DNA of 63,030 nt, filler included, from Malassezia furfur (Eukaryota), in the NCBI GenBank assembly GCA_052055015.1. It is 3 parts of 3 records of this genome, joined end to end, with 100 filler letters (N's around TTAATTAATTAA, not from the genome) between each part and the next. Parts side by side here need not be neighbours in the genome. Positions count along the whole stretch, not along the records: positions 21,080 to 42,032 come from JBQJIT010000172.1; 2 more parts are not named here. The stretch is one strand, 5' to 3'. Shown in pieces: positions 23,295-34,655 of this stretch. Below the pieces are notes generated by a model, which did not search any database, was not told where the DNA came from, and saw nothing but the letters and a program-made list of their open reading frames with translations. Within the stretch, counting starts at the first letter, position 1. The number at the start of each line of letters is the position of its first letter. Both the position numbers and the translations under genes were made by a program.

Positions 23295-23645
23295 CTTGAC
23301 GGTGAGGGTCGTGGGTGAAGAGACGAGGCGCACTAGAAGCTTTGTACACAGCCAGAAACAGGCCAGTCTGGCGCGCCACCTGACGCGCTCTAAGGTCCTG
23401 CAAGGCACGGTTGGGACATAAGCCAAGGGGTGACAGGTGGCCCAATGAGATGCCGGACGATGCCTCGGGGCTCCAGGGTTCGACGATTTCCATCGGGTCT
23501 TAATTCTATGGCTGACAAACCATTCCGATCGCGGCCACACAGCGGCCGAATCGTGCCCTGGCGCACAGGCCGGCACGCGGGTGGCGTGCAGTGACCCGCG
23601 TTGCATCGGAACGCGTCGTGCCAAAATCGCATCGCGCGCCCTACG

Positions 23646-24680
23646 TTATTTTTTGATCGAACGCGATGCGCCCCCACTCTCCTGCACCACACCGGCACGC
23701 ACCAGCGCGTCGCGCGCAACCCGATTGATATGCTTAAATCGATCGGGACCCAACAGCACTCCGCCGTACCACCGCGTCACTACCACCAGCACGTTTTCCA
23801 CTTCCTGTCATAAGCTCATAGATACCCACCAGTAACGTCAGCAGGTGGGCAAGCCGGCCGCCCGCGGCAGTCTCACCGTCGTCGTCACAATCTGGAGTCA
23901 GCGAGGTCACGCACCATGATGCAACACGCCGTCGTCCGTACGACACACCCACGCATGGATGATGGGGTGCGTCGCACGCTGCACGCGCTTGTCCGACTCT
24001 AGGATGTGTGAGAGGAGCACGGGTACGTCGTCTGGATGCCGAATGCGTGCGGCATGGCCCAAAAATTCCGACTTGCGCTCCACAATCGGCTCACTGCGTA
24101 CAATGGATGCAACGTCCACCTGTGCAGCGGTGCGTGACGGTTCACGCGGTGCCTCATGCTCCTCTGCCGCATGCGCCGTTGTAGCAGGGTCACGCACAGG
24201 CTGATCCTCGCGCTGCTGTTCATACCACGAGCGAATGTAGTCCAAGACAGACTCAATGCCCTCGAAAAGCATCGACTCGTTCTCCTGCCACACAACGCCA
24301 TTTGCCGCGTGCGGTTGGAAGACAGAGGCGACGTACTGATGTACCTCTTCGGGCGCTTTGAAGACGCCAACATACCGGTTCAGCAGCTGCAAGCGTGGCG
24401 GCACCTGCGTTCGGGGGTATCCTGTGGGCAAACGGATCTGCAGACGAACGGTCACGTCATTTGCATCACTCTGCAATGAGACGCGCAAAACCAGGACGAG
24501 GCCCTCTTCGGCTGCGTCCGACGTCGACTCCTGGAGAAGCTGTAGTTCCTCATCGCCATAAATCGACTGCAACGCAATCAGTTCTTGTGAGAGTGTGTCT
24601 GCTGCCTCTGCCTCCTCGCTCGTTGCAAAGTTGGCAGGGTCAGCAAGACGGCTCACGAGCGCGCCAACGCCGCCTTCCAT
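23646..24680 (-). CDS. YIH1: IMPACT/Yih1 family protein (RWD plus UPF0029)
   Basis: ELIALQSIYG, LPTGYP, ERKSEFLGHA, DCDDDGETAAGGRL, VVVTRWYGGVLLGPDRFKHI; introns 23892-23914, 23805-23829. Confidence 0.9.
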
Positions 24681-24795
24681 CGTGCTGCCGCTGCCCCGCG
24701 TCGTGAGAGCGTGGAGAGGATGACGTAATTGGGTGGAGGGCAGCACGCGTGGGACAAGCACACACTGACATCGAGTGCTGTGTGCGTGGACCAAG

Positions 24796-27481
24796 ATGGC
24801 GTCGCTCTGGAGTCAGGCGTCTTCGTTCTTGTATGTATTACGCTAGCTGATGAAAGGGGGCGCACAAACATCTCGATCAACTACAATGTGGATGACTCGC
24901 GCGCTCCGTACGTGTCCGCCTAACGCAGCCTCCAAATTGGACCTTGGCGCGTGTTCACAGCAACACGGAAATCGGGCGCTTCATCCGCGCCTGCAGGCTC
25001 AGTGCAGCCACCCGCCCGCGATACCGTATCGGTGTGGTCGTGCCTGCCGCAAGGCCGCGGTGCTGATCGCACCAAAGCGGTCGAGCAGCTCAAACGCGAG
25101 GTACGCATCTCGACTTACGCAGGTCACCACGCTCTCCCGCTTGCGGCACCCGTGCATTCTAGAGGTTGCTGAGCCGATGGAAGAAAGCCGCGGTGAGCTC
25201 ACGTTTGCGACGGAGCGTGTGAGCATGTCTCTATCGACGAGCCTCTCGGCACGCTCGAATCCAGACAACCAGCTTGACGAAATCGAAATTCGCAAGGGCC
25301 TCCTTCAGGTACGCTGTGCCTCTCATCCAGATCGCGCGCTCGCTTGAATTCTTGCACGAATCGAAGCGGCTCCACACCAACCTCACGCCTAGTGCGATCA
25401 TCATCAACGCCAAAGGCGACTGGAAACTGGCAGGCGTGGGCTACTCCACGGTGCTGGATCCAGAATCACCCAGCCGCACGCGGTGGGCCTATGAGGACGA
25501 GGAGCAGATGCTCCCAGTGTCTATGCAGCGCAACATGGACTATATGGACCCGATGTATGTGCTTGACGGGAAGGCATCGCCCGCGAACGACATGTTCTCG
25601 CTCGGTATCCTCATCTTTGCCATCTTCCATCACGGAAACACACCGTACCAGACGCACGGAAGTGCGAATGCGCTGCGGTCCTATGCAGACCATCTGCCCG
25701 ATCGCATCCATACGCCCTCGTGGCAGATGCTCGGGCCCGACGTGCAAGGTTCGTGACTCGCTCACCCAGTGATCTTGAGCAACCTGATTACGCGCTCGGG
25801 CAACGAGCGATACAATGTCAAGACGTTCCAGACGTTGAGCTACTTTAACAGCATACTCGTGTCTGTGCTCAAGTTCCTGGAGCGCGACAGTTTTGCGGCG
25901 CGCACGAAGCAGGAAAAAGTGCAGTTCCTCCGTGGTCTGCACAAGATGCTGCCGCAGTTCTCGCCGGCGCTGCAACGCCGCAAGCTGCTGCCCTCGGTAC
26001 GTGGGATGCTCACCCAGATGACAGAGATTATGGCGGACCGCTCTCTGCTCCCCTATATCCTGCCGAACGTTTTTGCGATGGCGAGCAACATTTGTACGTG
26101 GCGTGCCTCACACAGCCTCGCTGGAGTTTTGCAGCAGCATTTTGCCGCGGATCAAGCCACTCTTCCTAATCAAGGACCCGCCGCAGAACCAAAGTATGCC
26201 GCACACTAACACCAGTGCTCTTGCTGAACCAGACGGACCTGTTTGTGAGCAAAATGACCCCGTCGCAGTTCCGAGAAGGTACGTGGATGGCTGACGCAGA
26301 TGTGATGCCGCTCTTTTACGCCTCGTTTGAGAATGAGCACATCGCGGTCCAGGAAAATGCGCTGCAAAAGGTGCCACAACTGTGCGAGCTGCTCGAGTTC
26401 TCGCATGTCAAGGATACCCTCCTGCCCAAGCTGATGGCGCTCTTCTCCAAGACCAAGACGCTGTCGGTGAAAGTGAGCGCACTCGTACGTTTCCTGCGCT
26501 CACCCAGATTTGCTTCCATGCGTTGACACCCATGCTTGACAAGGTGACGCTCAGTGAGACGCTGATTCCCGCGCTGGCGCGCGTCAAAACACGCGAGCCC
26601 GCCGTAATGGTAGGTCGTCCGGCTTACCCAGGTGGCTTCGCTCGCTGTCTACGAGGCCATTGCAGCCAAAGTCGACCGCGACGTGCAGGCGACGGCTGTG
26701 CTGCCGCGCTTATGGGTCATGAGCATGGTACGTGTGTGGCTGACGCAGTGCCCTGCCTTGACCGAAACGCAGTTTGCGCGGTTCATGCGCGTGATCCGTC
26801 AACTCGGCGAGAAGATCGAGCGAGAGCGTGCGTAGCGATGCTGACCCAGACATGGCCTACCTGCACGAGCAGCAGAGCGTACAAAAGCATACGGAAGAAA
26901 TGGTCGGCGATGCACAGGGGTCGCGCAAGAGCCTGTCGTCTACCATGAACGCCAGCAACGACCTCGACTTTGAGACGTTGGTGGGCCAGACACAGTCGGC
27001 CGCGTCGACGGGACTGGACCTCTTTGCAGACGTTCCTGGCACACCGACAACCGAGATGCCTGCGCTGCTTGACAGTGTGCCCAAGTCACAGGGGGCGCCG
27101 CGCTCGAACAGCGTGTCGGTGCCGAACGCGGGCGTTCCCAACCATGTGCGGGCGTCGCACGCGCCCAAACTAAGCTCGCCCCTCGCGCCGCCACCGCGGC
27201 CCATGTCGGCAACTGTGTCGCAGCCGGCCACGCCGAGTGCGACCCCATCTACCGGCCTGTTCGATGCGCTGATGGCCGACAAGCCGGCCAACCCACCTGC
27301 GACGACCGTGCGTCCGCCCCTACCCCAAACGGCGTCGCAGCCCAATCTGGCGAGTACGCCAGGCCCGTCGGCGCCCCCGGGGTGGGGAGGCGGTCTGCTC
27401 GTGCCCGAGCGCAAGAGCACGGCAACAGGGCCCGCACCTGTGCCCAAATCGACTTGGGCCGACTTTGATCCGCTGAAATAG
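24796..27481 (+). CDS. SCY1: SCY1-like pseudokinase (SCYL2/Scy1) with HEAT repeats; 13 introns of 21-26 nt
   Basis: LSRLRHPCILEVAEP, LDEIEIRKGLLQIARSLEFLH, IIINAKGDWKL; introns 24831-24856, 24908-24928, 25101-25122, 25309-25330, 25749-25769, 25997-26017, 26094-26115, 26194-26215, 26279-26299, 26485-26507, 26610-26631, 26728-26748, 26828-26849. Confidence 0.85.
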
Positions 27482-27490
27482 TCTACACTG

Positions 27491-27816
27491 CTACGCCTCC
27501 TCTGCCACGTCCTCACACGCGTCGATCCATTGCCTGGGTGAGCGCCACACGTACGAATATACATCGATCGGCTGCGAAAGCGTATCGGTGTCCGTGGAGA
27601 ACTTCTGTCCGCAGATCTTGCAGCTCAGGTAACCGATGCGCGCCTTGTCGTCGCTGCGTCAGCCACGCACGTACATTTTGCACGACACGGCCTTGTCGTG
27701 GTTGCAAAAGAGACACGTAAAAACGGTGTCTGGTGTGAGTCGCACCACGTACCCAGCGGTGGCGTCTTGGTCCTGCCCGCGCCAGGCTGGCGCGTCGACT
27801 TCTTGCGCTTGCCCAT
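27491..27816 (-). CDS. ELF1: Transcription elongation factor Elf1
   Basis: MGKRKK...FTCLFCNH...CKICGQ...PIDVYSQWIDACE; introns 27730-27752, 27654-27674, 27534-27554. Confidence 0.93.
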
Positions 27817-27886
27817 CGTCGAAGCGAACGCGTACGGAGTGTCGCGTGCGTCACGTGGACGAAAGTGGACCGTGCTGCAGTCGACG

Positions 27887-28618
27887 ATGCCGACGGCGAC
27901 CCCGAGCCAGGAGGAGATTGCGGAGCGCGTCCAAAATGGGCCCAATATCTGGATTGCCGTGGCAGACGGGGATGAGGAGCGCGTCAAGTTGCTCCTGGAG
28001 CACGGCGGCGTCACGCCGGTGACCGGCGATATGGTCCAATACACGCCGATCCATGCAGCTGCGTCGTACGGGCGACACGACCTGCTGCGCCTTTTGCTGC
28101 GCTACCCCGGCGTGGACAAGGACGCGGTTAACGTCCGTGACGAGGATGGCGACACGCCCCTGTTTTTCTGCGAGGACCGCCCGACCGCCGAGCTGCTCGT
28201 GACCGAGTTTGGCGCGGATGCCAGCCTCAAGAACGACGAGGGGATCACGGTACGTCGCATGCTGACCCAGGCCGCGCAGCATGCCGAGATGAACGAGCAC
28301 GAAGAGCTCGCCGAGTACCTCCGCTCGGTGACGGGCGAGGCCGCAGTGCCGCGCAGCGAGCTGCTCCAGCGTGCCGGCGAAGAGGAGGACGAGGCGCCGG
28401 CCGACCTTGACGACGACGCGGATGACGACGCGGATGGCGCCGAAGACGCCGACGTGGACGACAAGGCCGACCAGATCATGGAGCAGGTGCAGCGGATCAT
28501 GGAGGAGGCGGATGCCAAGGGCGAAGACCCTACGGAGAAGCTACGTGAGCTGCTTGGCGTGAGCCTTGCGCGGCAGGTGCTCGAGGGCTACGAGCAGGCG
28601 CAGCACGACGCGGCCTAA
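27887..28618 (+). CDS. Small ankyrin-repeat protein with acidic tail (YCR051W-like)
   Basis: NIWIAVADGD, YTPIHAAASYG, RDEDGDTPLF; probable 21-nt intron 28250-28270. Confidence 0.8.
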   Translation: MPTATPSQEEIAERVQNGPNIWIAVADGDEERVKLLLEHGGVTPVTGDMVQYTPIHAAASYGRHDLLRLLLRYPGVDKDAVNVRDEDGDTPLFFCEDRPTAELLVTEFGADASLKNDEGITVRRMLTQAAQHAEMNEHEELAEYLRSVTGEAAVPRSELLQRAGEEEDEAPADLDDDADDDADGAEDADVDDKADQIMEQVQRIMEEADAKGEDPTEKLRELLGVSLARQVLEGYEQAQHDAA

Positions 28619-30896
28619 GCGTCTGACCCGCCGAGCTCAAACGCCTGCGTGATGAGCTGGGAGATGGCGCCCAGGTGCTCGTCGCCGGGTTCATTCCGGT
28701 ACACTGTGTTAGTAGGCATACATACTGAAGAGCAACGACTCGGACAGCGTCAGCACTTCGTTGCGCGTCAGCTTCTGCTTGCCGTGCGCGTGCAGGCGGA
28801 AGAACCACTCGATCGTCGCATTCACGTCGCCGTCGGTGCTCAAGAGCCCGTCGAGGCCCGTGACGATGTCCTGGAAAGAGAGCGAGCCGCACTGCTCCTG
28901 GTCCCAGAAGGTGAAGAGGCGCCGCGCAAGGCCCTGGTCGGGGATGCGGCGCTCGATCCGCTCCTGCAGGCCGTTGCCGACCAGGTACTCGTCGCGCGCC
29001 CAGGTCGCGACCTCGCTGAGGAAGAGCCTAAACGTGGTAAAGTTGATGCGCATCTCCTTCAGATCCTGCGTCGGGTCGAGCACCGAGGAGGAGCGCACCG
29101 GCGGCGCATCGCCGGCAGTGAGCGACTCGGGCGCATGCCGCGCGCGGTAGATCGCCTCGACCACCTGGTCGTAGATGAGCCCGAGCTGCGCCTTGTTGAA
29201 GCGCCCGTGCGACTTGAGGTTGCGGATCGCACACCGCCGCGCAAACGCCTCGATCTCCTCGACAATCTGCTGGCGGAACCGCTTGCGCTCCGCGTCGATG
29301 GTCTCGTTGCTAATCAGCCCAAACTCGCGGAACGCCACGACGAGCAGCTGTTGGAAGCGCGTTACCTGCCGGCGGCGGGGGTCAGCGCTTTCGGGGTAGG
29401 CACTGTCGCCGAGCGTGCGGAAGTAGTTGCGCAGCACGCCGATCAGTGTCCCGTCGTCGTTCAGCTGCAGAATGTCCTCGCCGTTGATCTTGAGGATCGC
29501 AAGTCCCACCTGGAAGAGCACGCGCGAGTCGAACGCCATGAAGCAGTCGATGATGCGGAAAGCAAACACCATGGGCATGCTGTTGATGTACAGCGAAAGC
29601 AGCCACGGCAGCGTCACGACGCTCAGCTGCATGTCGTGCTTGGCAAAGTGCTCGTGCAGCACCGGCATCGTGGTCTGCACCAAGTTCTCAAACACCTTTT
29701 GGTCGAGCAGCGTCCCGGCCATCGACTGGGTGTAGTAGCCGGGCAGCAGCCGCTCACACAGCGTGTCGAGCAGCCAGAAGCACTGCTCCTCGGACGTGTA
29801 GATGAGCAGCGCCGCGACCACAATGTTCATGGCCTGGCAGTACCCCAGCTCGCGGTTCTTCCAGCTGTAGGCCACCAGCACGCGGCGCAGCGTCTCGATG
29901 CCCTCCGGCGACTGGAACGCGGCATACTCGGGCAGGCTGCGGTTCAGGTCCTTTTCGATCTCTTCGGTGCTCGTGCTCGTCATCCCCTCGTGCTCCGCGA
30001 GAATCTGCTGGTACTTGCCGGGATGCGCCATGCGCTGCAGAATGGAGCCACAGCTGATCTCCCACACCTCGCCACGCAGCTGGTTCGGCAGCCCGACCTG
30101 GACGAGGCGCGTGAATTGGGGGTAGCGCAGCAGCGTGATGTTGCGCCCGTGCAGCGTGAGGTAGTCTTTCCAGAGGCGCATCTTGCTCTTTTCTTTCAGC
30201 CTGGGTCAGTCGCGCGACCTACTTTTTCGGGTCTCCGGGGAAACCAAACTGCGCGCCGAGGCCCATGTGGTACGGCAGGCGCGCCGACACACTCGCGCTC
30301 GCGGCACCGCCCTGGTCGACATCAATCAGTGCGCCTGTCTGCGTCGCTTCGGGGCCGCCGTCGGGGCCGCCATGCTCCTCCGCCATCTCCGCGCTGTTCT
30401 TTAGCAGGTATTCGCTGTAGCACTCGCTCAGGAACGGCTTGAGCTTTTTCATGTCGCCCAGGTGCGCCCGCAGCCGGTCACGGAGTGCATGGCAAAAGCC
30501 CTCGCACGAGGGACGTAGCGCATTCAGCTGGAAGATGAGCTGCATCCCGTGCCACACAGTGATGCTCAGGGCAAAGACGGCGTCGCGGGTATTCAGCCGC
30601 TCGACGCGGCGCACCGTGCTCAGCGGGAGGGCCACGCGGCATCCCCGCCCACGGTCTGCCTGACTGGCAAAACAGAGGAACGACGGCGTGAGCGTCAGGC
30701 GCCCGGCGTATACCAAGTCTTCCTGGCCCTCTTCGTTGGGATTCGACAGCGTAAGGATCGCAGAGACAATCTCGGCGCGATTCCCCGCGGCATCGACATA
30801 GGGACCCTCGTCGGGTGGCAGGCTGAATGCCTCGGCAAACTGCTGTGTCTTGGTTGGAGGACGGTAGTCCCGCAACGAGTGCACGATCGTCGACAT
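28615..30896 (-). CDS. GYP2: Rab GTPase-activating protein, GRAM-TBC-EF hand (Gyp2/Mdr1-like)
   Basis: YAGRLTLTPSFLCF (GRAM), EIEKDLNRSLPEY, YCQAMNIV (TBC R/Q fingers), EF-hand; introns 30201-30222, 28704-28725. Confidence 0.88.
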
Positions 30897-31040
30897 CGAG
30901 GCGACCGTCCGAGAGCGCCCGGGCCGTGCACACGCTCCTCGTGTGGAGAGGTCGCGGCCAATCAAAACGGGGATCCCTCATGGCTAAAAATTGTACACTA
31001 GTGACAGTATGAAAAGAGCAGTGGAGAGAGCGGTCGCACA

Positions 31041-32054
31041 TTACGCCGCTACCTTGGCGGGCAGCGCCGTGGCCGTGATGGTCTCAGTGACGACCGTCTC
31101 CCCCGCGGGCTTGGTGCCAAGCGCTTGCGCATGCTTCTGCTCGGCGAGCTCCTTGGCAGCGCGCTCCTTGGCCGCGCGCTCCTTGGCACGCGTGCGCTTG
31201 TAGCCGCGGTCCGTGCCAAGGAAGTGGTCCCACCAGCGGAAGCTGGTCGAGTAGCAGCCAAGGAAGGCCATGTGGTGGTAGTCGTGGTGGTCCGCACCGG
31301 CCCAGAACGGCAACCAGTTGTGCAGGCTGATCGGGAAGTCGTAGCCCGAGTGCGCGTCCACCGCCTGGAACAGACGCAGGACAATCCAGATGTACACGGT
31401 GAGAATGTGCAGGTCCTTGGTCAAGGCGCACAGCAGGAACGGCGCGCCAATCGTGCCCATACCGAGGATCAGCACCTCGAGCGGGTGTGCGTACTCGGCG
31501 GCCAGACCAAATGGCGCGCTGAACTCGTGGTGCACCTTGTGAATGTGCTTGTACAGCGGGCCCCAGTGGAGCGCGCGGTGTGCAAAGTAGTGGAACGTGT
31601 CCTCAAACACAAAGAAGAGACCAATCTGCCATGCCATCTTGTACCACGGCGGGAACGGCACCTCGTGCGTGGTCATGCCGAGGTACTCGCAGATCGGGTG
31701 GAAGCTCCAAATCTGCGGCAGCTCCACGGTAAAGTGGCTGAGCAGCACGAGCTTGGTGCAGCGCCACTGCTCGGCGAGCGTGGGCACCTTGCCGGGCTGC
31801 AGCTTGTACTTGCGCATCGACGGGATCATGTCGATGATGATCCACGGGATCGAGCGGCCAAAGTAGACGATCTCGTGGAGCAGGAAGCTCATCACACCCG
31901 TCGCAATGACCGGGTTCTCCCAGTACTGGTACCACTGCACCCACAGCTTCTCGGCCCAGGACAGCGACGACATGTTCAGGCCCTCATAGAGTACCGAAGC
32001 GGGGGTAGGGTGCCCCGTAATCGCTTCTGTGAACGTGCCCAGAGTGTGGTTCAT
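31041..32054 (-). CDS. ERG25: C-4 methylsterol oxidase
   Basis: FLLHEIVYFGRSIPW; His boxes HRALH, HKVHH, HHDYHH; APFGLAAEYAHP. Confidence 0.95.
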   Translation of the reverse strand: MNHTLGTFTEAITGHPTPASVLYEGLNMSSLSWAEKLWVQWYQYWENPVIATGVMSFLLHEIVYFGRSIPWIIIDMIPSMRKYKLQPGKVPTLAEQWRCTKLVLLSHFTVELPQIWSFHPICEYLGMTTHEVPFPPWYKMAWQIGLFFVFEDTFHYFAHRALHWGPLYKHIHKVHHEFSAPFGLAAEYAHPLEVLILGMGTIGAPFLLCALTKDLHILTVYIWIVLRLFQAVDAHSGYDFPISLHNWLPFWAGADHHDYHHMAFLGCYSTSFRWWDHFLGTDRGYKRTRAKERAAKERAAKELAEQKHAQALGTKPAGETVVTETITATALPAKVAA

Positions 32055-32152
32055 GAGCGCGAAAGGTGGTGGTGGTGCTCCGAGCGTGGGCTTCTTGGGC
32101 AATTTTAAAGGGTGCCGCCGCCCATCGCGTGGTTTGACCAACCTCGTGCAAA

Positions 32153-32187
32153 ATCGTGCGATTTCCGTCACCACGTGGCGTCACGTG
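32153..32187. promoter_or_regulatory. ERG25 upstream elements: SRE-like ATCGTGCGAT and two CACGTG E-boxes
   Basis: ATCGTGCGAT 32153-32162; CACGTG 32172-32177 and 32182-32187; 100-135 bp upstream of the ATG. Confidence 0.35.
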
Positions 32188-32259
32188 TGATAAGATCGGT
32201 AGCGTGCATGCACGCGACCACGTTTTTTCTTTAACGCTTCATTGCCAAACGGCAATAGA

Positions 32260-32464
32260 CCCCGACTGCTATAAAAGCACCTTCTCAATAGAACCGGGCG
32301 TGCGTAAGCCGTCTCTCTATGATTGTGTGAGGTCGTAGAGTAGTCGGAGAGTCATACCAGCCCGGCTCGCCGGGAGTGGGATGATGGGGCTGGGTGCGTC
32401 ACGGCAGCAGGAACGGTGTTCGTGCCTTCCCATGAGCGGTGTCGCAAGGTCTTGTCGTACATTC
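32260..32464 (+). ncRNA. Candidate box H/ACA snoRNA
   Basis: Stem CCGACTGCT(32262)/AGTAGTCGG(32339); H-like AGAGTCA or ATACCA (32348-32359); insert hairpin CCAGCCC/GGGCTGG; 3' stem ACGGCAG/TTGTCGT then ACA (32459-32461), TTC and a T-run. Confidence 0.55.
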
Positions 32465-32504
32465 TTTTGTCTATAGCCCATATGTCACATTTTATTTTTT
32501 GTTT

Positions 32505-34301
32505 CTATGCATGGTCCGGCGGGATACACACAGGCTCCTGCTTGCCTCCCGTGGGCGAAAGCATGAGCTGCACCGTCTGCCCTCCAGCAAACACGGCGCA
32601 GCCGACACCGAACACCGCCAGGGCAATGTCGAGCACACGCTCCGTGCGCGTCCGCGCGACGCCGCGCAGGTGCAGCAGCGGCGGGTAGACAAACGCGAGC
32701 GGGACACAGGCCACGGAGCCAATCAGACTCACAAACTTGTCCAGGTCGTCGGCGCCCACCCATGCACACAGCATCGAGAAGATGACCACCAGGAAACGGA
32801 AGAAGTTCTTCTCCATCTTGATGCGCCAGTCGTACTTGCCGCTGCGGCGGAAGAGGCCCAGCTCGAGAATGGACAGTGCGGGGAAGAGCTGCAGCGGGAG
32901 CGACAACAGGATGGCGAGCGAGTAGAGCACCTGGATGGCCTGCACGAAGCGCGAGTCACGCGGCAGGTTCGAAAAGACGACCGTCTGCACATCGCTGCCG
33001 AACGTCGCGTACGACAGCACACCGGCCGAGGAGAAGAGCAGCATCACCCCGATCATGACGCCCGTCAGCGCGCGCGGGAATTTCTGCGGCTCCTTCATGC
33101 TGTCAGTGATGGGAATCACCAGCCCAATGCCCTCGAACGTGAACACTGCCGTACCGATCAGCAGGGGGAAGTCGACGCGGTTGAACAGGACAACCTTGGC
33201 CATGCCGTCGGTGATCAGGTGGCTGATTTCGTAGTAGAAAAGATAGAAGATGCCGGCGAGGATGAACACGTCGGCGATCAGTGCCGCCGACGACAGCTTC
33301 GCGATGCGGCGCACCAAGCTCAGCGGCAGGAACACGAGGCACTGCAAAAAGATCAGGAAGCCAATCGAGATCTTGGTGCGGCACTCGGTGACCGACAGCA
33401 CGAAGGACTGGGTGTTTTCGGCGATGAACACGGTGTACGCCGCGACAAAGCCCAGCTGCGAGAAGATGATGGAGAAGAGAATCGCCTGACGCATGCGCGG
33501 GCCATACAGCAGGCCGCCCATGTCACCGAAGCCCACGGGGTATTTCAAGTTCACCTTGACCAACAGCAGGAACGACCACAGCGAGATGCCTGCAATGGCA
33601 CACAGCACCAGCGTGGAGAAGAGGATACCACCGTTAAAGAACGCCTTGCCCAAGAACAGGATGCCCGTGCCCACAAACGACTTGAGAAGCATCAGCACCG
33701 CATCCAACACGGTCGCCTCGCCCTGCTTGCGGCGCGGACGAGGACGGAACGCGGGAATTTCGCCGTGCACGTTGTGCGAGAGCAGCTGCGACGACTCGCC
33801 CGTGCCCTGGCCGGGCGCGTACCCGGCAACCTGTGCGGCGCGCGTGTCGTCGCCGCCCTGCGTGTCTTCGAAGGCGTCGACGACCTCGGACTCGAGGTCC
33901 TCGAGGTGCTCACCGGCAAAGTGCCCGTAGAGCATGAGGAAGTCGACGAAGCTGCGCAGCGCACGCGGGGGCGCCTTGCCCTGCTCCGCAGCTTGGTTCA
34001 GCACAAAGGTGCGCCGGAAGCCGCCGGGCTGCTTGATCAGGTCGCGGTCCACCGGTGCCTCGATGGAGCTCGTATTGATAGCGTGCATGCTCTCGCTACG
34101 CGGACGGCGCGGCCGCTTGTTCTGGTGCGCCCAGCGGTACAGGTCGTCGGTGATGGCGCCGCCGAGCGTGTGGTGCGCGCCCTGGTACTCCTCCTCGTCG
34201 CCAATGTACCCCGAGATGTTGCTCGCGTTGGCGCCGGTGAAGCCCGAGCGGTTCGTCTGCTCAGGCTGCTCGTCCTGGCCGTTTTCGTGGGATTCGGACA
34301 T
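32505..34301 (-). CDS. AVT3: Vacuolar amino acid transporter, Avt3-like
   Basis: GGAITDDLYRW, PGGFRR, LYGHFAGE, LLKSFVGTGILFLGKAF, FTFEGIGLVIPI, DKFVSLIGS. Confidence 0.9.
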   Translation of the reverse strand: MSESHENGQDEQPEQTNRSGFTGANASNISGYIGDEEEYQGAHHTLGGAITDDLYRWAHQNKRPRRPRSESMHAINTSSIEAPVDRDLIKQPGGFRRTFVLNQAAEQGKAPPRALRSFVDFLMLYGHFAGEHLEDLESEVVDAFEDTQGGDDTRAAQVAGYAPGQGTGESSQLLSHNVHGEIPAFRPRPRRKQGEATVLDAVLMLLKSFVGTGILFLGKAFFNGGILFSTLVLCAIAGISLWSFLLLVKVNLKYPVGFGDMGGLLYGPRMRQAILFSIIFSQLGFVAAYTVFIAENTQSFVLSVTECRTKISIGFLIFLQCLVFLPLSLVRRIAKLSSAALIADVFILAGIFYLFYYEISHLITDGMAKVVLFNRVDFPLLIGTAVFTFEGIGLVIPITDSMKEPQKFPRALTGVMIGVMLLFSSAGVLSYATFGSDVQTVVFSNLPRDSRFVQAIQVLYSLAILLSLPLQLFPALSILELGLFRRSGKYDWRIKMEKNFFRFLVVIFSMLCAWVGADDLDKFVSLIGSVACVPLAFVYPPLLHLRGVARTRTERVLDIALAVFGVGCAVFAGGQTVQLMLSPTGGKQEPVCIPPDHA

Positions 34302-34655
34302 CTCCGAGGCAGAGTCCGGGCGGACAAGGCTGGGTCAGCGCGGCACCGAGCGACGTACTATTTCTCGACAATTTTGGCCTTGTGTTCGTCGGGGAGGGGA
34401 TGCTCGTCGAGTTCTGCGACGAGGTTGCCCGACTGAGTGCGCTCAGGCATCTCCGGGCGCCGCTCCGGCTCCGGCGAGGTAGGGGCCACCCCTTTTCCCT
34501 TGGAATCCTTCGAGCTCGCAGGCATGGCCGGTGTCGTAAGGGCCGCCCGCCGCCGCGCACGTTCGACTTATCACTCGCAGCATGCATGGTGTCACGTGCG
34601 CGAAACTTTTTCCCGGGCGCCCCACACCGCGTACGGGCCAACGTGCCGCACCGAG

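Noticed and set aside
24796..27481. Fragmented ORFs as frameshifted pseudogenes (also 44631-46277 and 47098-47790)
   Set aside because: Every break coincides with a GT(GC)...branch...AG micro-intron whose removal restores the frame and conserved motifs
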